This document shows, in pieces, positions 13,821 through 27,249 of a stretch of DNA of 64,000 nt. The stretch covers positions 174,158,001 to 174,222,000 of the forward strand of contig NC_042999.1 in the NCBI RefSeq assembly GCF_006345805.1, read 5' to 3'. Both the position numbers and the translations under genes were made by a program. Below the pieces are notes generated by a model that ran no database searches, was not told the DNA's origin, and saw only the letters and a program-made list of their open reading frames with translations. Position 1 is the stretch's first letter. Every line of letters starts with the position of its first letter. This DNA comes from Octopus sinensis (Eukaryota).

Positions 13821-15589
13821 CACAGACAGGCAGACTTGTTTGATAGACATGTAAGTAGATCTATGCCATTCGTTATTTCTAGCTTTTTATAATGGAGCGA
13901 AATTAGTGAAAATGGTAGTGTTACTGAAGGTATTGTTTTGAATTGCAATTAACTCTTAGTTAATTACTAATTTGTTGTGTCTATGTATTAATTTATGGTT
14001 TATATTTACGATTTCTTTACCTAATTTATTTTCTACTATTAATATGATATTCTTAATGAGATGGTTGTTTATCAACAAATATTTTTCTATCTAGTTTCCT
14101 TTTGCGTCTTGTAGAGTAATGCGTTGAAAAGGCTTCTAATTGTAAATGCATAGTGTACCGGTGAAACAATGTTGTGATTGTATGTCCAATATAGGAATTA
14201 GTCATAAATTTGGCGCATTTCAGATTTTCTGTAATTTGTGCATATCAAGTTGGTTATGTGACCTACGTTTTTCGACTTACAGTCTTGTGGTTGGGTAACA
14301 CAACCATCTTATACAGATTGCTTCTAAATAAATTACAAACTTAGCAATGAAATTTTATAAATGTCAAAATGCAAACCATACATTAGCATACAGATACGGT
14401 ACCATAGTCATAAACAAAGGGACAGTTGTTGAACTCTAAAAGTAATTTGGAATTAAGCTTCAAAATTTTAAATCTGTTTATCATAATATCATAAATAACA
14501 TGATGCTCGCCAAACTTGCAACTTACTTTTTTAAAAAAAAGGCAGCAATAACAAGCGCCATTAATAATCTCTTCGTTCAGAAAATATGACCGATAAACTG
14601 TAGAGACGTTCAAGTATGTCTGTGTTCTGTGTTGTATAATTCCAAACTGTTCCGTTCTTAATTGGAAATTCAATCTCTAAAAATTCTCGGAATCAAGTCA
14701 GTCTTTTATTTTTTTCATGTTTGGTAAAATATCATTCATCAATCTATTGTTATGGATTTAAATGATTTTTACTTCTACATCACAAAACTTGATGTTAAAG
14801 ATAAAGTCAATATTCTATTTATATCAAATATGGGTGTGACTAGTGTCTACACAAAACCCTACAATTTTGTAGGAAAGAAAATAGGATAACGATACTATCA
14901 TTGCTTTCCAAGTGTATGAATAACATTGATAAGAAGCATCACAAAACGGCCTAAGCTTGCAGTGCTGCATACTTATAGTTATATAATATTCTATAACTAT
15001 CCACATTTATTTCCAATATTGGTAAAAAAAGAAAATATTTAAAAAAGCCATGCATTTGGCGCAAGAGTCTAATCAGTTAAATCGACCCCAGGACTTGAGT
15101 GGGAAGAGCATAGTTGGAATACCATTGCTAGTACACAATTGCGATTTGGGACACAAGCATCACAACAAGAGCTGGTATTTATTTTATTTTCCAAAATAAG
15201 ACATAATCAAAAGCAATGCGAACATGAAGTGAAGTAAATAATCTAAGACATTTCGCGTGGCACTGCAGCGTTTCTTCAACCATTTTGGACTGCCTGTGTA
15301 TGATAGTGTTATGATCTTAATTCTTCTCTAACATCACTGATTGTCCAACGCAACATTTTGGTATATATTATGTGTGGGGAGGAGTGGGTGTTTCGTGTGT
15401 ATCTGTGTCTGTGTGTGTGCGTGCGCATGTGTGTGATTTCCTTCATATTCTTTACTCGCTCCTGTTGTGTCTGTTGTGTTGTATTTCTTTACTTTTCAAA
15501 TGAAAGGTCACAGTTGATATGAGTCGACAGACAAACTACGACCTATAGCATGAATAGCTATTTATGTGCTAGTTTGTGATCATATGTAT

Positions 15590-15946
15590 GTATACATGTA
15601 TGTATGTATGTATGTATGTATGTATGTATGTATATATACATGAATGTATGTATGTATGCGTATATATATGTATGTATATGCATACATATATACATGCATG
15701 TATATATATGCACATATATACATATATAAACATGCCTATACATATATACATACATATATATATGTATGTATGTATGTAATGTATGTATGTATGTATGTAT
15801 ATATACATGAATGTATGTATGTATGCGTATATATATGTATGTATATGCATACATATATACATGCATGTATATATATGCACATATATACATATATAAACAT
15901 GCCTATACATATATACATACATATATATATGTATGTATGTATGTAA
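15590..15946. repeat. Tandem duplication of a ~167-bp compound microsatellite block
   Basis: The same irregular block (ATATATACATGAATGTATG ... AAACATGCCTATAC ...) occurs twice. ORFs 15644 and 15811 start identically, 167 bp apart. Confidence 0.85.
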
Positions 15947-15972
15947 ATATATATATATGTGTGTGCGTGTGT

Positions 15973-16025
<53 letters not shown>

Positions 16026-16445
16026 AGTGTGCTTGCACGGTGTATAGGTAACAATATAACGGACGTGAATGTGTGTATTCATTTGCGTATTTAAAACTGA
16101 CAACACAAATTGGGCATCGAAAAAGAAGAAAAGGAAACTAAGAGATGTAATTGAAACAATAGCCAGCTATTTTCATAGCCATGTAGTCGGTATATTTTCA
16201 GACTTTAATACTGTTCATTTCAGTTCCCATTAAACATCTATAATGATGTGGGCCAAAATAGAAAAGTATTATATATCAACGGTTATTTTTCAATAGTTTT
16301 TTTTTTCTCTCTCAGTGTGTGAGAGTGAATCTGCATTGGAGTATGTATAGGAATATGTATACGTGCTTCTATGCCTGCGTATGTATGGGTGTGCATTTAT
16401 CAACACAGTATGTAGGCATCATTGCAAAACATTCCGATATATATA

Positions 16446-16495
<50 letters not shown>

Positions 16496-16501
16496 GCATA
16501 T

Positions 16502-16535
<34 letters not shown>

Positions 16536-16537
16536 GC

Positions 16538-16578
<41 letters not shown>

Positions 16579-16649
16579 TACATACACATATGCATATACA
16601 TAGACATATATATATACATGTATTTCTGTGTATGCTTATATGTATGTGC

Positions 16650-16690
<41 letters not shown>

Positions 16691-18251
16691 TATATGAATA
16701 TATGTAAATATGCGAGTGTATGTATATGTATGTGTGTGTATGTGCGTGCGTGTGTGTTTGTATGTATATATATATATATATATACACACACGATATTTTT
16801 GTATATTGATCGTCATTGTTTTTATTTTAGCTTTCATGCTTTTTAATCAGTAGATGAATAAATTTCCTCGAATGTTGCTCTCTGGTTCCGTGATGGGACG
16901 TCATCTGTTGCAGAAGAATGGCGCAGATAATAAGTTGTCAGTCAAATATGGACGTTTGAAAAACTACGTTTCATTGTTAATGCTTTTATTGTTGCTGTTG
17001 TTGTTGGTAGTAGTGATGATGATGGTGGTAGTTATGATTCTGCTAGTAGTCATGTAGTTGCAGATGCTGGTGATTGTGTATGTCTTATAGTGCTTGTGAT
17101 CCGGTTTACCAAGTTCATAATGATGACGACGATGATGATCATGATGATCATGATGATTATGGTGGTTATGTTAGCAATGGTGATAATTATGGTGGTCTCA
17201 AGAGGAGGTGAAGGAGATTCAGCCGTAGTACTACCACTAGTAGCGGTTGTGTCAAGAGTGGCGGTTGTGGTGGTAGTTTTGAGTGTAGTCGATGCGCGTG
17301 GATGTGGATGTGGATGTGATAATGAAGTTGGTGTTGATGATGTATTCAATGTAATGATGTCAGGAAAATCGTTTAGTCAGTAATGCTTAGAAACTAAATG
17401 CTTGTTGCGACGACGTAAAAGAAGAGGAATATACAAATTTTAAAAAATAACTTTGGGCAAAATTTAAATGAGATTTGTAACAAACGGTAGAAAACCAGGC
17501 TAAATATGTTGCGGAATTTTTCGGTGTTTTTTTTTTTTTTACATTACTGTATTAGATTATTTGAATGTTTCGATTCAAACTGTTCCTTTTGTCTTCCGTC
17601 ATTTTACCAGAAAATAACTAGCCCCTAGTATTGGTGATATACCTGTCAACAGTTCCAATAATTTACTATCCACTTAACCTCTCTCATATCATTATTTTTT
17701 TTTTTGTATTCTCTTCTATGATCTCGTCGCCATAAACAAACAAATCATTCATCAATTCTATGTTGCCTCCATATTCCATTATCTACTCGCTTCCACTTAT
17801 TCTGCCTTATAACTAAAACAAGACATTTTACACAAGGTACAACACAAAACTATGCCACTAATTTTTGGTATCGACAAGTTCCCCTCTGACGCAAGCTTTT
17901 GTGTTTCTCTGTCACAAAACATATATTTTTGTTAATTTCAAACATTAACACATAACACATAAAATAAACCTATATTTATCGCTTTGGATCTCACAAAACA
18001 CATAAAAAATATCTTTATCATGAAGTCTGAGACAAAGCTTTCCAAAATATTTATCCTTGGCTGTCATTGTTCCTTGCCCATATCTCAGGCTATTCTACTT
18101 TTCAAAATTGGGTGCATGTCCACTCACATTCCATTCATTTTCTTGTTTGACAAGATGGTAGCTCCATGAAGTTTTCTTCGTGATGAACAGTGTTATTAAT
18201 TCCTTGTAGCCTGTAACCTATTCAACCATCACACCATATTCATGATGTGAT

Positions 18252-18753
18252 AAGGCGGCGAGCTGGCAGAAACGTTAACACGCCGGGCGAAATACTTAGC
18301 GGTATTTCACCTGTCTTTATGTTCTGAGTTCAAATTCCGCCGAGGTCGACTTTGCCTTTGATCCTTTAAGGCGGCGAGCTGGCAGAAACGTTAGCACGCC
18401 GGGCGAAATGCTTAGCAGTATTTCGTCTGCCGCTACCTTCTGAGTTCAAATTCCGCCGAGGTCGACTTTGCCTTTCATCCTTTCGGGCTCGATAAATTAA
18501 GTACCAGTTACACACTGGGGTCGATATAATAGATTTAGTCCGTTTGTCCTCTCTGTGTTTAGCCCCTTGTGGGTAGTAAAGAAATAGGTATTTCACCTGT
18601 CTTTACGTTCTGAGTTCAAATTCCGCCGAGGTCGAATTTGCCTCTCATCCTTTCGGGGTCTATAAATTATGTACCATTTGCGTACTGGGGTCGATCGAAT
18701 CAACTGGGCTCCTCCCCAAAAAATTCGAGCCTCGTGCCTAGAGTAGATAAGTA
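18252..18753 (+). mobile_element. SINE family 1 monomer (18368-18587) nested inside another family 1 SINE
   Basis: Outer 16-bp TSD ATATTCATGATGTGAT at 18236-18251 and 18754-18769. The inner insertion is flanked by a 67-bp duplication (18301-18367 and 18587-18653). Confidence 0.85.
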
Positions 18754-20626
18754 TATTCATGATGTGATATCTATAAATTCTTGCGTGACTAGAAACGTGG
18801 TTTACTTGTCTAATTTCACCTATAGTAAATCTATTATCTTTCTACTTGTAAATATTATTTAGCCACATACTCTAAAAATTACAATAAATATTTTAATTCC
18901 CTTTTGTACGTATCATACACACACAGAATAAATGAAATAGTTGTCTATAACTGGAACAGCAAGGATAACCTATGTTTATCAATATACAAACTGAGGAGTC
19001 TTCAAATCACTCGTACATTTCAACATTAAAACAAAGTAGCAGGGATCATGTACCAATTGTAACGGGTTGAATACCCGTTTTAGAAAAACGTAAATAAATA
19101 ATATTACTATTGCTTTCCAAAAATCAAATTTTCTACCCTCGAAACATCAATTTAGTCATGTTCTAAACGTTTATTTTCCTTTGTTGCTTCTAAACACTTG
19201 CTTTCACTATCTCTTAGTTACCAGTATATTACAACGTGTTCTAATCTATAAACTTCGTATTCTAAACACCTCATATCTCTAGTCTATTCGAAGTTTCGAA
19301 GTACCAAATTATTATAGCTCTCAAACGGCATTGTTTTCGTTTATCTACTATAAAATCTACTTTACCTTTGACGTTTGACTATTTGCCACCACCTAAATAC
19401 CGAATAATCCATCAACAAATCACTAACAAAGGAGACTGTGTGAGAGATTATACATTATCCTTTGATATGCTAGATACGGAGCCAAACCACAACATACTAT
19501 CTTAAAAAATGAAAAACATTTTATAGAATATAGCTCAAGATATTGCTAGAAACATTGGGTTGTGTTACAGTGTATTTTATAAAAGGTCGGCGCAGCCAGA
19601 GTTGATCTCGAGTTAAGAAACAAAGGACACCAAATCACTGGGTTAATCTAGATCCGAAATATCATTCACATTCCAAGATTATCTTTGGAAAACAAATATT
19701 TCGATGTAGTAAGAATGTCCCAGTACCTCCCACGTGATGGCTACTTGTTCCTATTAATCATCTCAACATTCTTCCGGCATTATTGCACGCGAACACCCAT
19801 TTTTGTCATGTGACCACAAAGCAAGAAGTGCACTGACACCTTAACTCAATTACAGTTGCCTTCAGATAGAATTCGAGATTATCTTTCGACGTTAACACAA
19901 GTAAAACGGTGTGAGCATTTACAGTGTATTACAATACAATACGACCAATTAGATATAAGCATATAATATTTACAATAAAAGTATAATAATTGTTTACAAT
20001 AAATAAATTTGTTAAATAATTATTTCATGATTTACTATATCATAAATACATTTCAAATGATGAAGACGTTAGAATTCACTGTTGTTTTCTAAAGTGTTAG
20101 CTCTACAGGTGTTATCTACAGAAGTTTTCAAAAACGAATAGCTTCTTTGTAAGAAAACATATAAGATTGATCTCATGGGGTATGATTTTGGACATTTGTG
20201 GTTTATTTATATTATATATACTACGTTTTCTTTTCAAATATATTTTTATCTTTTATCTTGAAACAGAACACAAATCAATGAACCAGGCAGTTTAGAAAAT
20301 AAAATTATCTGACATTCATTAGAAGCAGCGTGTATCTCATACATTTGTGAAAGTTATGGATTCTTCTTACACAAAAATACACACACACATATTTACATTA
20401 ATACACACACACATGTATTTGTATGTGGTGTATATGGGCGTGTGTTTGCGGACGTATTGTGTAAAAATGTGTGACTGCCTTTATATGTATATATATATAT
20501 ATGTGTGTGTGTATTTGTACTAATGTATATACAAATATATATATGTGTATATGTAATATGAATGTCTGAGTATATATATTTATTAATCCGTGTGTGCGCG
20601 CGCGTATGTGTGTGTGTGTGTGTGTG

Positions 20627-21120
20627 TACGAAGTGGTATAAAAAAGTTCCCGGACTAGTTCTGTAGCGTGCTAACAGATGGCAGCAGTGGCCTTCATGAG
20701 GCTGTGTGCCGAGTGACATCGCTGTGTTTACTTTACTAGTTGCAAAATTTGTGATCATGTGTACGCTGTAATCTGCGATTTTTGTCATGGACAGGGAGTT
20801 GGAACAAAGAGTCAACATGTCGTTTAACTTAGAAAGTCCGCTACAGGAACATTGAGCATGCTTCGGCAAGCTTACGGCGACGAGGCAATGGATCGTGCGC
20901 AATGTTTCGAGTGGCAAGGGTGCTTCAAAAGGTACGACAGAGCCGCTGCTCAATCAAGAGCATGCTCATCATTTTTTTTTTTTTTTTCGACATCCGCGGT
21001 ATTATGCATCGAGAATTCGTCCCCCAGGGCCAGACCGTCAATCGAGAATTCTACAGCGAAGTTTTAAAGCGTTTGACGGAGGACATTCGACGAAAGCAGC
21101 AGGATCATGTGAGCAAGGAT
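20627..21120 (+). mobile_element. Mariner element, internally deleted, right end replaced by a PLE insertion
   Basis: TA then the CGAAGTGGTATAAAAAAGTTCCCGG TIR. Reads MDRELEQRVN ... MLRQAYGDEAMDRAQCFEW, then KSMLIIFF.DIRGIMHREFVPQGQTVNREFYSEVLKRL. Confidence 0.85.
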
Positions 21121-22130
21121 TAAACATCTCACTCTTGCTATTCAGGTAAACATCTGGGCGTTGGATACCCTTTAAAATTGCTGTCTTCTCAGCTAGGCAT
21201 AACCTGAAACCTCCTGCTGTTATTGAAGTATGTTTTGCATTTCTCCAGGATCATCCACTTTATGCTGTACTCTGTGGCTCTTTCTTTCAAAGATCTTTCA
21301 AAGATGTTGAAGGAGGACTTGTAGTTGTTAAAGTGGATCTGAAGGGGCTTTCTGTTGCCCCCACATACTTCCGCACGCTCGGTTGTCCATTAGATCCCAT
21401 GACTGTCAGCTCTGCTTTGTATACAACTATCTCTGTGTTGCAGTGGCCGTTCAGCGGACAAGTTGTGTTACCCCTGCAAGAGTATCCTGCCTCTGTTTCG
21501 GGTTTAGGCCTATCTGCTAAAATATTCCTTACACTAAGTGCACAGCTAGAAGATAATCTCAGGGTATGTCTATTAAATATTTTGTTGAATTTATTAGTAC
21601 GGAGGAAGTGTCTATCAACTAAACTAAAGACGATCTTACCTACTCTGGTCTTAACGTTTAAAGATAAGGGCGGTTTGAACCACAACACTTTCCAGTGATG
21701 CTTTCTCGGTCGGGGTGGTTGCTAGGGTCTGGCTTGTAACTAATACTATCCTTCAAAGCTCTGGCAGCCAGACCCTAGTTGTAACGTGGGGCAGCAACAT
21801 CTCTTTCCTTGAAGATAAATTGGAGATTCTCCTGCTGACGCCCTTAATCAGATTCCTGAACGCTATAGCTGGATGGCAGGAACCTGTGTTAATGTAAGAC
21901 AGCTTCTCATTTGGTTTCCATGGCGCCTATAAGCACCAGATTCAAGGTTCAGGGTCACGTCAAGGAAATATACCGTTTTCAGGTTGGTCTCTTTTGTGAC
22001 CTTCAGTCCAAAAGATTCATGGTGTTTGTGAAGTCCTTCCTGAGTCATTAATCCTTCTTGATATTGCCAGTGCGTCATCTCTGTAGAGGCCAAAGCTAGT
22101 TTAAGGGAATTTCTTTTTTAATATTTCTAA
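21121..22130 (-). mobile_element. Penelope-like element 3' half (RT C-terminus, WFNPP domain, Cys linker, GIY-YIG endonuclease), decayed
   Basis: Minus strand: GLYRDDALAI, KTVYFLDVTLNL, WFKPPLS ... KIFNRHT, SCRGNTTCPLNGHC, IVVYKA ... YVGATE, YSIKWMILEKC, LCLAEK ... LNSKSE. Confidence 0.85.
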
Positions 22131-22837
22131 AATAAAGAGACCGACTAGATCACATACGTCAGTACTGTCGAATGCACCCATTGCCACGTTGAAGGAGCCC
22201 ATTGGATCAATACATCTGGTCCAAGATGTATTGATCCAAGAGTAAGGTTCTTCTGATGTGCATGTGAACTACAGCACTTTCTGGTGACATGAGATAACTC
22301 CTGCCACTCTAGCTTTCAGACCACCAGACTATATGGTTTCGATCCTCGGTGGTGGGTACTCATTTCCAGGCATAACACCAGTTTACCTCGCTTGCAATGT
22401 ATAGAAAACAAAGTGTAAAACAGTCACTGATTTTGTAACTAGGAAACTAGTCCGATAGAAACTCTTTGTTCGAGATAGAAGCAGTATACGAACCAGAAAG
22501 TATTGCTTATAGCCACTTTAATGTGGCTGTCCTCTAAGAAATAATGAAACTGCATTATATATATGTGTGTGTATGTATGTATGTATGTATGCATGTATGT
22601 ATGTATGTATGTATGTATGTGAATTTCTTGACGTCACAAGCAACATGACGTTAAATTTTGACCTAAACTTTTGTCTTTTTCACAGGCGGAAATTCTGAGT
22701 ACTGTTCCATGCTTTGAATCTCTTTTTCCATATATTTATGGAGAGTGTTTGGTTGTTCTTTATGGCCGTTCAGAGAATGACCATTGGTTTCGCACCTATA
22801 CAGCAAAGCGCTTTACAGGTGCGAAACCAAACACACA

Positions 22838-22905
<68 letters not shown>

Positions 22906-22907
22906 AG

Positions 22908-22958
<51 letters not shown>

Positions 22959-23081
22959 CTCACCGAGTATAACAAACAACCTTCTAAAAATATTACTGCT
23001 CTAATATTTTAGAGTCTGCTTCTTCAGATATATAAACATACGTACATGTGTGTGTATGTGCGTGCGCGCGTGCGCGCGCGC

Positions 23082-23128
<47 letters not shown>

Positions 23129-23529
23129 GTGTGTGTGTGTGTGTGGAAAACTTCAATCTTTTTCAAATTTTATTACGTATTCGCAATGTTGATTTTCTTA
23201 TTTCTTTCTGTCTTCGTCAATAATAGCAAAAACAAATCAAAAACAATATATTCTGAATATTTTATTATACATAAAAAAAAATCATTCCTTTTAAAATCAA
23301 TACAAAAAAAATGGGAAGAATTGATTTTAAGCTAAATATTATAATTTATTAAAACATCATCTATTTTGCACTTATTTTATTGGCTTCACGTAGAGAGGTC
23401 GTTGTATAATATTTTGAAATAACTTATACTCAGATAATTGTAATTTCAGTATATCATTACTATACATCTAATAAGCTACCTGCCAACTGTTTTTTTTTTT
23501 TATTCCAGCTTGAAGAGACTGTCACAGCT

Positions 23530-24208
23530 TTTTAAACACGTCCTACTAAACAGTTTGTCACGCTTGATTAGTTTGCCCGCTATGCAATGAAGTTTTGTGT
23601 TAAACCGGGCAAATATTTATGAAATGTTCCAGACTGCTTAAGAATTAACTTTTTCGCTGGCAAAAGAGATTCAAGAACGATGGAGAGGAGGTAAGCGACA
23701 ATGAGAGGTATGGGAGGTAGAGAGATGCTGGAACATCAGAGATGGTTGAGAAAATTTGCATTTCCTTGCATGAAGATTGTTGTGTTTATAAAGAAAATTA
23801 ATATAGTTTGGAGTTGGTGTGGCAACTGGACACAGAATTATAGATGAAGATCTGAACATACACAAAATACAATAAAAATTTTTTGCAAGGTACTCAGTGA
23901 TGAGCATCCTGGTACCCAAGTACTTGACAGAGATATGGGCATCAAAACTATCCCTCACCCTCCCTATAATCCAGACCTTGTTCATTGTAACTTTTGATTG
24001 CTCCCGAAAGCTGTAGAAGAACTTCAGATGCAGTCGTTTTGAAGATAAAGAAATCTGTGAGACGGATTCTGGACACCTTCATTTTGGAGGACTTCCATGG
24101 AACCTTCACGAAGGGACTAGAATCAGAGGATCCTACTTCCAAGGAGATTAGAATTAATGAATGTCTATCCTGAAAAAGTCTCAAAACTTCTGGAATGCAC
24201 TTTGTACT
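23530..24208 (+). mobile_element. Degenerate, internally deleted mariner element
   Basis: MKFCVKPGK near 23585; MGIKTIPHPPYNPDL (YSPDL motif) near 23935; ends AAAACTTCTGGAATGCACTTTGTA, a TIR-like end. Confidence 0.75.
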
Positions 24209-24224
24209 CACAACGAATATATTG

Positions 24225-24410
24225 GTTTCAAATTTTAGCGCAAGGCCAGCGGTCGGGGTGGGGAGTCGATTACATCAACCCCAATGAGCAACTCGAAAGG
24301 ATGAGAGGCAAAGTCTATCTCGGAGGAATTGTAAATCAGGACGTAAACACGGACTAAATGCCGCGAAGCATTTTGTCCGGTGTGCTAACGATTCTACTAG
24401 CTCGCCACCT
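24225..24410 (-). mobile_element. Older SINE family 1-related copy
   Basis: GTCGATTACATC ... AAAGGATGAGAGGCAAAGTC ... GTGCTAACGATTCTACTAGCTCGCCACCTT (reverse head). Confidence 0.75.
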
Positions 24411-25689
24411 TACAACGAATATATCAAAAATAAAATAAACATACGCGCGCGCACACATATCACTAAAACTAACTACGCGCACACGCACACAAACACACAG
24501 GCATAAGCGTAATTACGTGCACATAACTCAACAGATTCACATGCATACAATCATACAAACTAACCTGTTCGTTACATCTCCTGTGCTCTACTGTGCATGA
24601 AACTTCTTTTTTCCTTTGACTTTAGGTTATATATATATCCAACATAGATTGATGCGAATCAACATACGCATTTCTTCAATTTATTCTCTTTGTCTCTTTT
24701 TCTTTCTTTCTTTTTTTTTTTGTTTTGTTTTTTCACGATCCATTCTTCTGAAGAAGGGCTTAAGTTAAAAAAAGACCAAAGACATTTCTGGTTTTTTTTT
24801 TCCCCTGAACGCGAAATTAAAGACTATACTTTGCTTTTACTTTGCCTTTCGTGTTATATACAGGAATAAAATGTTAAAAAGACAGTCAGTCAAAGTTTTT
24901 TAAATTTCGAACAAAACGAAATACCTTTCATTGGATTCATTGATTTAATAAAACATATTGACTCAGATTTAATACTTTGAGTTCTTTCTTCTAAGCATCG
25001 TTACCATGTTCCTCTTAACAGGTAGCCCCAGAATTTATTTCTGTGTGTGTGTGTGTGTGTGTGTGTTGTGTGTGTGTGTGTATGTGTGTGTGTGTATGTG
25101 TGTGTGCGTGTGTGACGGTGTGAAATGCTGCATTGAATACCATCTCTTCACCTTCAAAAGTAATATAACCATTTGATGGAGATCGAGAAAATATATACTA
25201 GACTGGAATAAATTATGGGATTGATATAATTACCAAAATGCTTGAAGTCGGTGCTCCAGGCTGGCCGTAATTCAGTGACTGGAACCAATAAAAGAATAAA
25301 AGAATAAGTCAAAGTAAGTCAATTTGTTTGTCACTCTACCGGTTCTGATATATAATCCTGATAAAAAAAAATATCATTAGATCATTTTTTTATGATCTGT
25401 GAAAGGATAAAAGACCAAGTTGACACCGGTGGGATTTTGATTTCGAACATGAAAGGTAGTAAGTAAATACAGCAAGATATTTTACCTTAACATAATAATG
25501 GCCTATGACATGATTTTCTGTTCGTGAATGTTTGAATTGTTGGAGACTGTAGAAATAGTGAAGAATATAAGAAAGTTAATTGTAAAGAGTGTGAGTAAAT
25601 GGAAAACAAAATCAAACTATTCTAGCGATGATAGAAAGTATTAAATCCAACAGAAAATGTTTCTGGATGACAGTATGTATCCTTTGTTA

Positions 25690-26690
25690 TTGGTGATATG
25701 CATGATACTTTAACATTGCTGCGAAGATTTGTAATGGATGTATATATTATTGAAGGTAGGCAACATAAAGTAAATCACCTTATATTTATGGATGACTTGA
25801 AACTATTTGCAAAGAGTGAAGATCAAATAGACACTTTAGTATCGGCAGAAGATGAATTTAGTAAAGATATTGGGATGGAGTTTGGGATTAAAAACCGTGA
25901 AGTTTTAATAATGAAAAGAAGAAAGATGATGGGAAGGAATGGGATATAATTACCAGATAAGAAAATCATAAAATAGATAGGTAAAAGGTTATATATACGT
26001 ATGTATTACAGAGCTAGATAAGATGAATGAAGCTAACATGAAGGCAGTGCTTAGAAAGGAATATTTTAGAAACTTAAAATTAGTGCTTAAATCTCAGCAA
26101 AATAGTAAAAATAAGACTCCTGCCATTAACACATGAACCATATCTCTTTTGACGTATAATAGAGAAATCCTAAAGGGGGTGTTCAGAAGGAAGCGTTGGT
26201 TTAAGTAGAAAAACTTGAAAAGCATTGCTTATATATACGAGCATTACACCTCAAAAGTGATGTTAATAGGATTTATACAATCCGTAAAATGTAAGTAGGA
26301 GATTAATTATTGTGGAGGATACATACAGTGCAGCGAAAAAATAGTATAAGCTACGTAAAGAAAACTGCAGAGACGCTGTTGGGAAGGATCAAGAAAAGAG
26401 GATTAAGAATGCAGAATTTGTATTTAAAAAGAATTCAGAAATGATATCTGATTATTTAAAAAAAAAACAAATACAGAGAACTCTTGACAAAGAAAGAAAA
26501 ATCTATCGACAGTTTTTAAGATAACTGAGTTTGTGGAGACAGTTAAATGGCAGCCATTGATAGAAAAAATTTGTGAACAAAAACCTGAAGCCTAATGACC
26601 AGACATAGATCCTGAGAATAAACTACATCAACTTTGAATATAGATTAAAAAAGAACACTGGTTGTCCACAGCATGGAATGAGCTTCAAAA
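25690..26690 (+). mobile_element. Highly decayed R4/Dong-clade RT and thumb fragment
   Basis: ORF 25698-25949 KVNHLIFMDDLKLFAKSEDQIDTLV ... FSKDIGMEFG; downstream LKLVLKS ... N.K..AINT remnants. Confidence 0.75.
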
Positions 26691-26719
26691 AGCGTGAATG
26701 CGCTTAGAATGTGCATCGA

Positions 26720-27040
26720 AAAATGTGAATGCGCTTATTTGGTAAGTTAATATAGTAAATATTAGCGAAGAAGGGAGTGTAGTGTACCAGATTGAAAGAG
26801 CTGACGACAAACATCTTCCCCTCTGGTCGAGCCCTCATCAACATTTTCAATTTCCACTTGAAAAGGAATGTAAAGTTTGAGGGAGAAGCGCTGCCTTTCA
26901 GCAAATGGAGTATGAGATGGCCCGTGTTAGCAGGACTGTTCTGAGCATGCGCCTGTAGATTGCAGGAGGAGGAAAGAGAGAAAATACTTACCCTAGTGGT
27001 GCGGTTGAACATTTTGTGGGGTTTCTATGAGCAACCCTCA
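26720..27040 (+). mobile_element. Tx1/L1-clade LINE 3'-terminal fragment, diverged relative of the 45.5-51.6 kb element
   Basis: Aligns by eye to the ORF2 end at 45.79-46.0 kb: SGRALINIFNFHLKRNVKFEGEAL versus SGQSLINFFKYHLKRKVRMEREVL. Ends in (CA)n. Confidence 0.7.
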
Positions 27041-27249
27041 CACACTCTCACATACACACACACACACACACACACACATACACATTTTGCGGAATTGTTT
27101 CTTGGATGAGTTCATCGTTTCTTTGTTTTTATTATTTTACCGTTTACGCGCGTTTATCTGGGCCCCGTATTGTATTGTATCATCCTGTACCGTCCTCGAC
27201 ATCTTTGAAAGGTCTTAGTGAATAATGAAAACATTGTCATTATCATTAT

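Noticed and set aside
16854-17390. Trinucleotide mosaic giving a S/T-rich plus hydrophobic ORF on minus and DDYGGY...KRR on plus
   Set aside because: Several frames look equally plausible, stops interrupt them, and no splice or start context is evident. Consistent with decayed GAT/GGT/GTT repeats.
26983-26991. ATACTTACC, matching the U1 snRNA 5' end (possible Tx1 snRNA target)
   Set aside because: Only 9 nt match, the following sequence is not U1, and it lies within the LINE 3' UTR.
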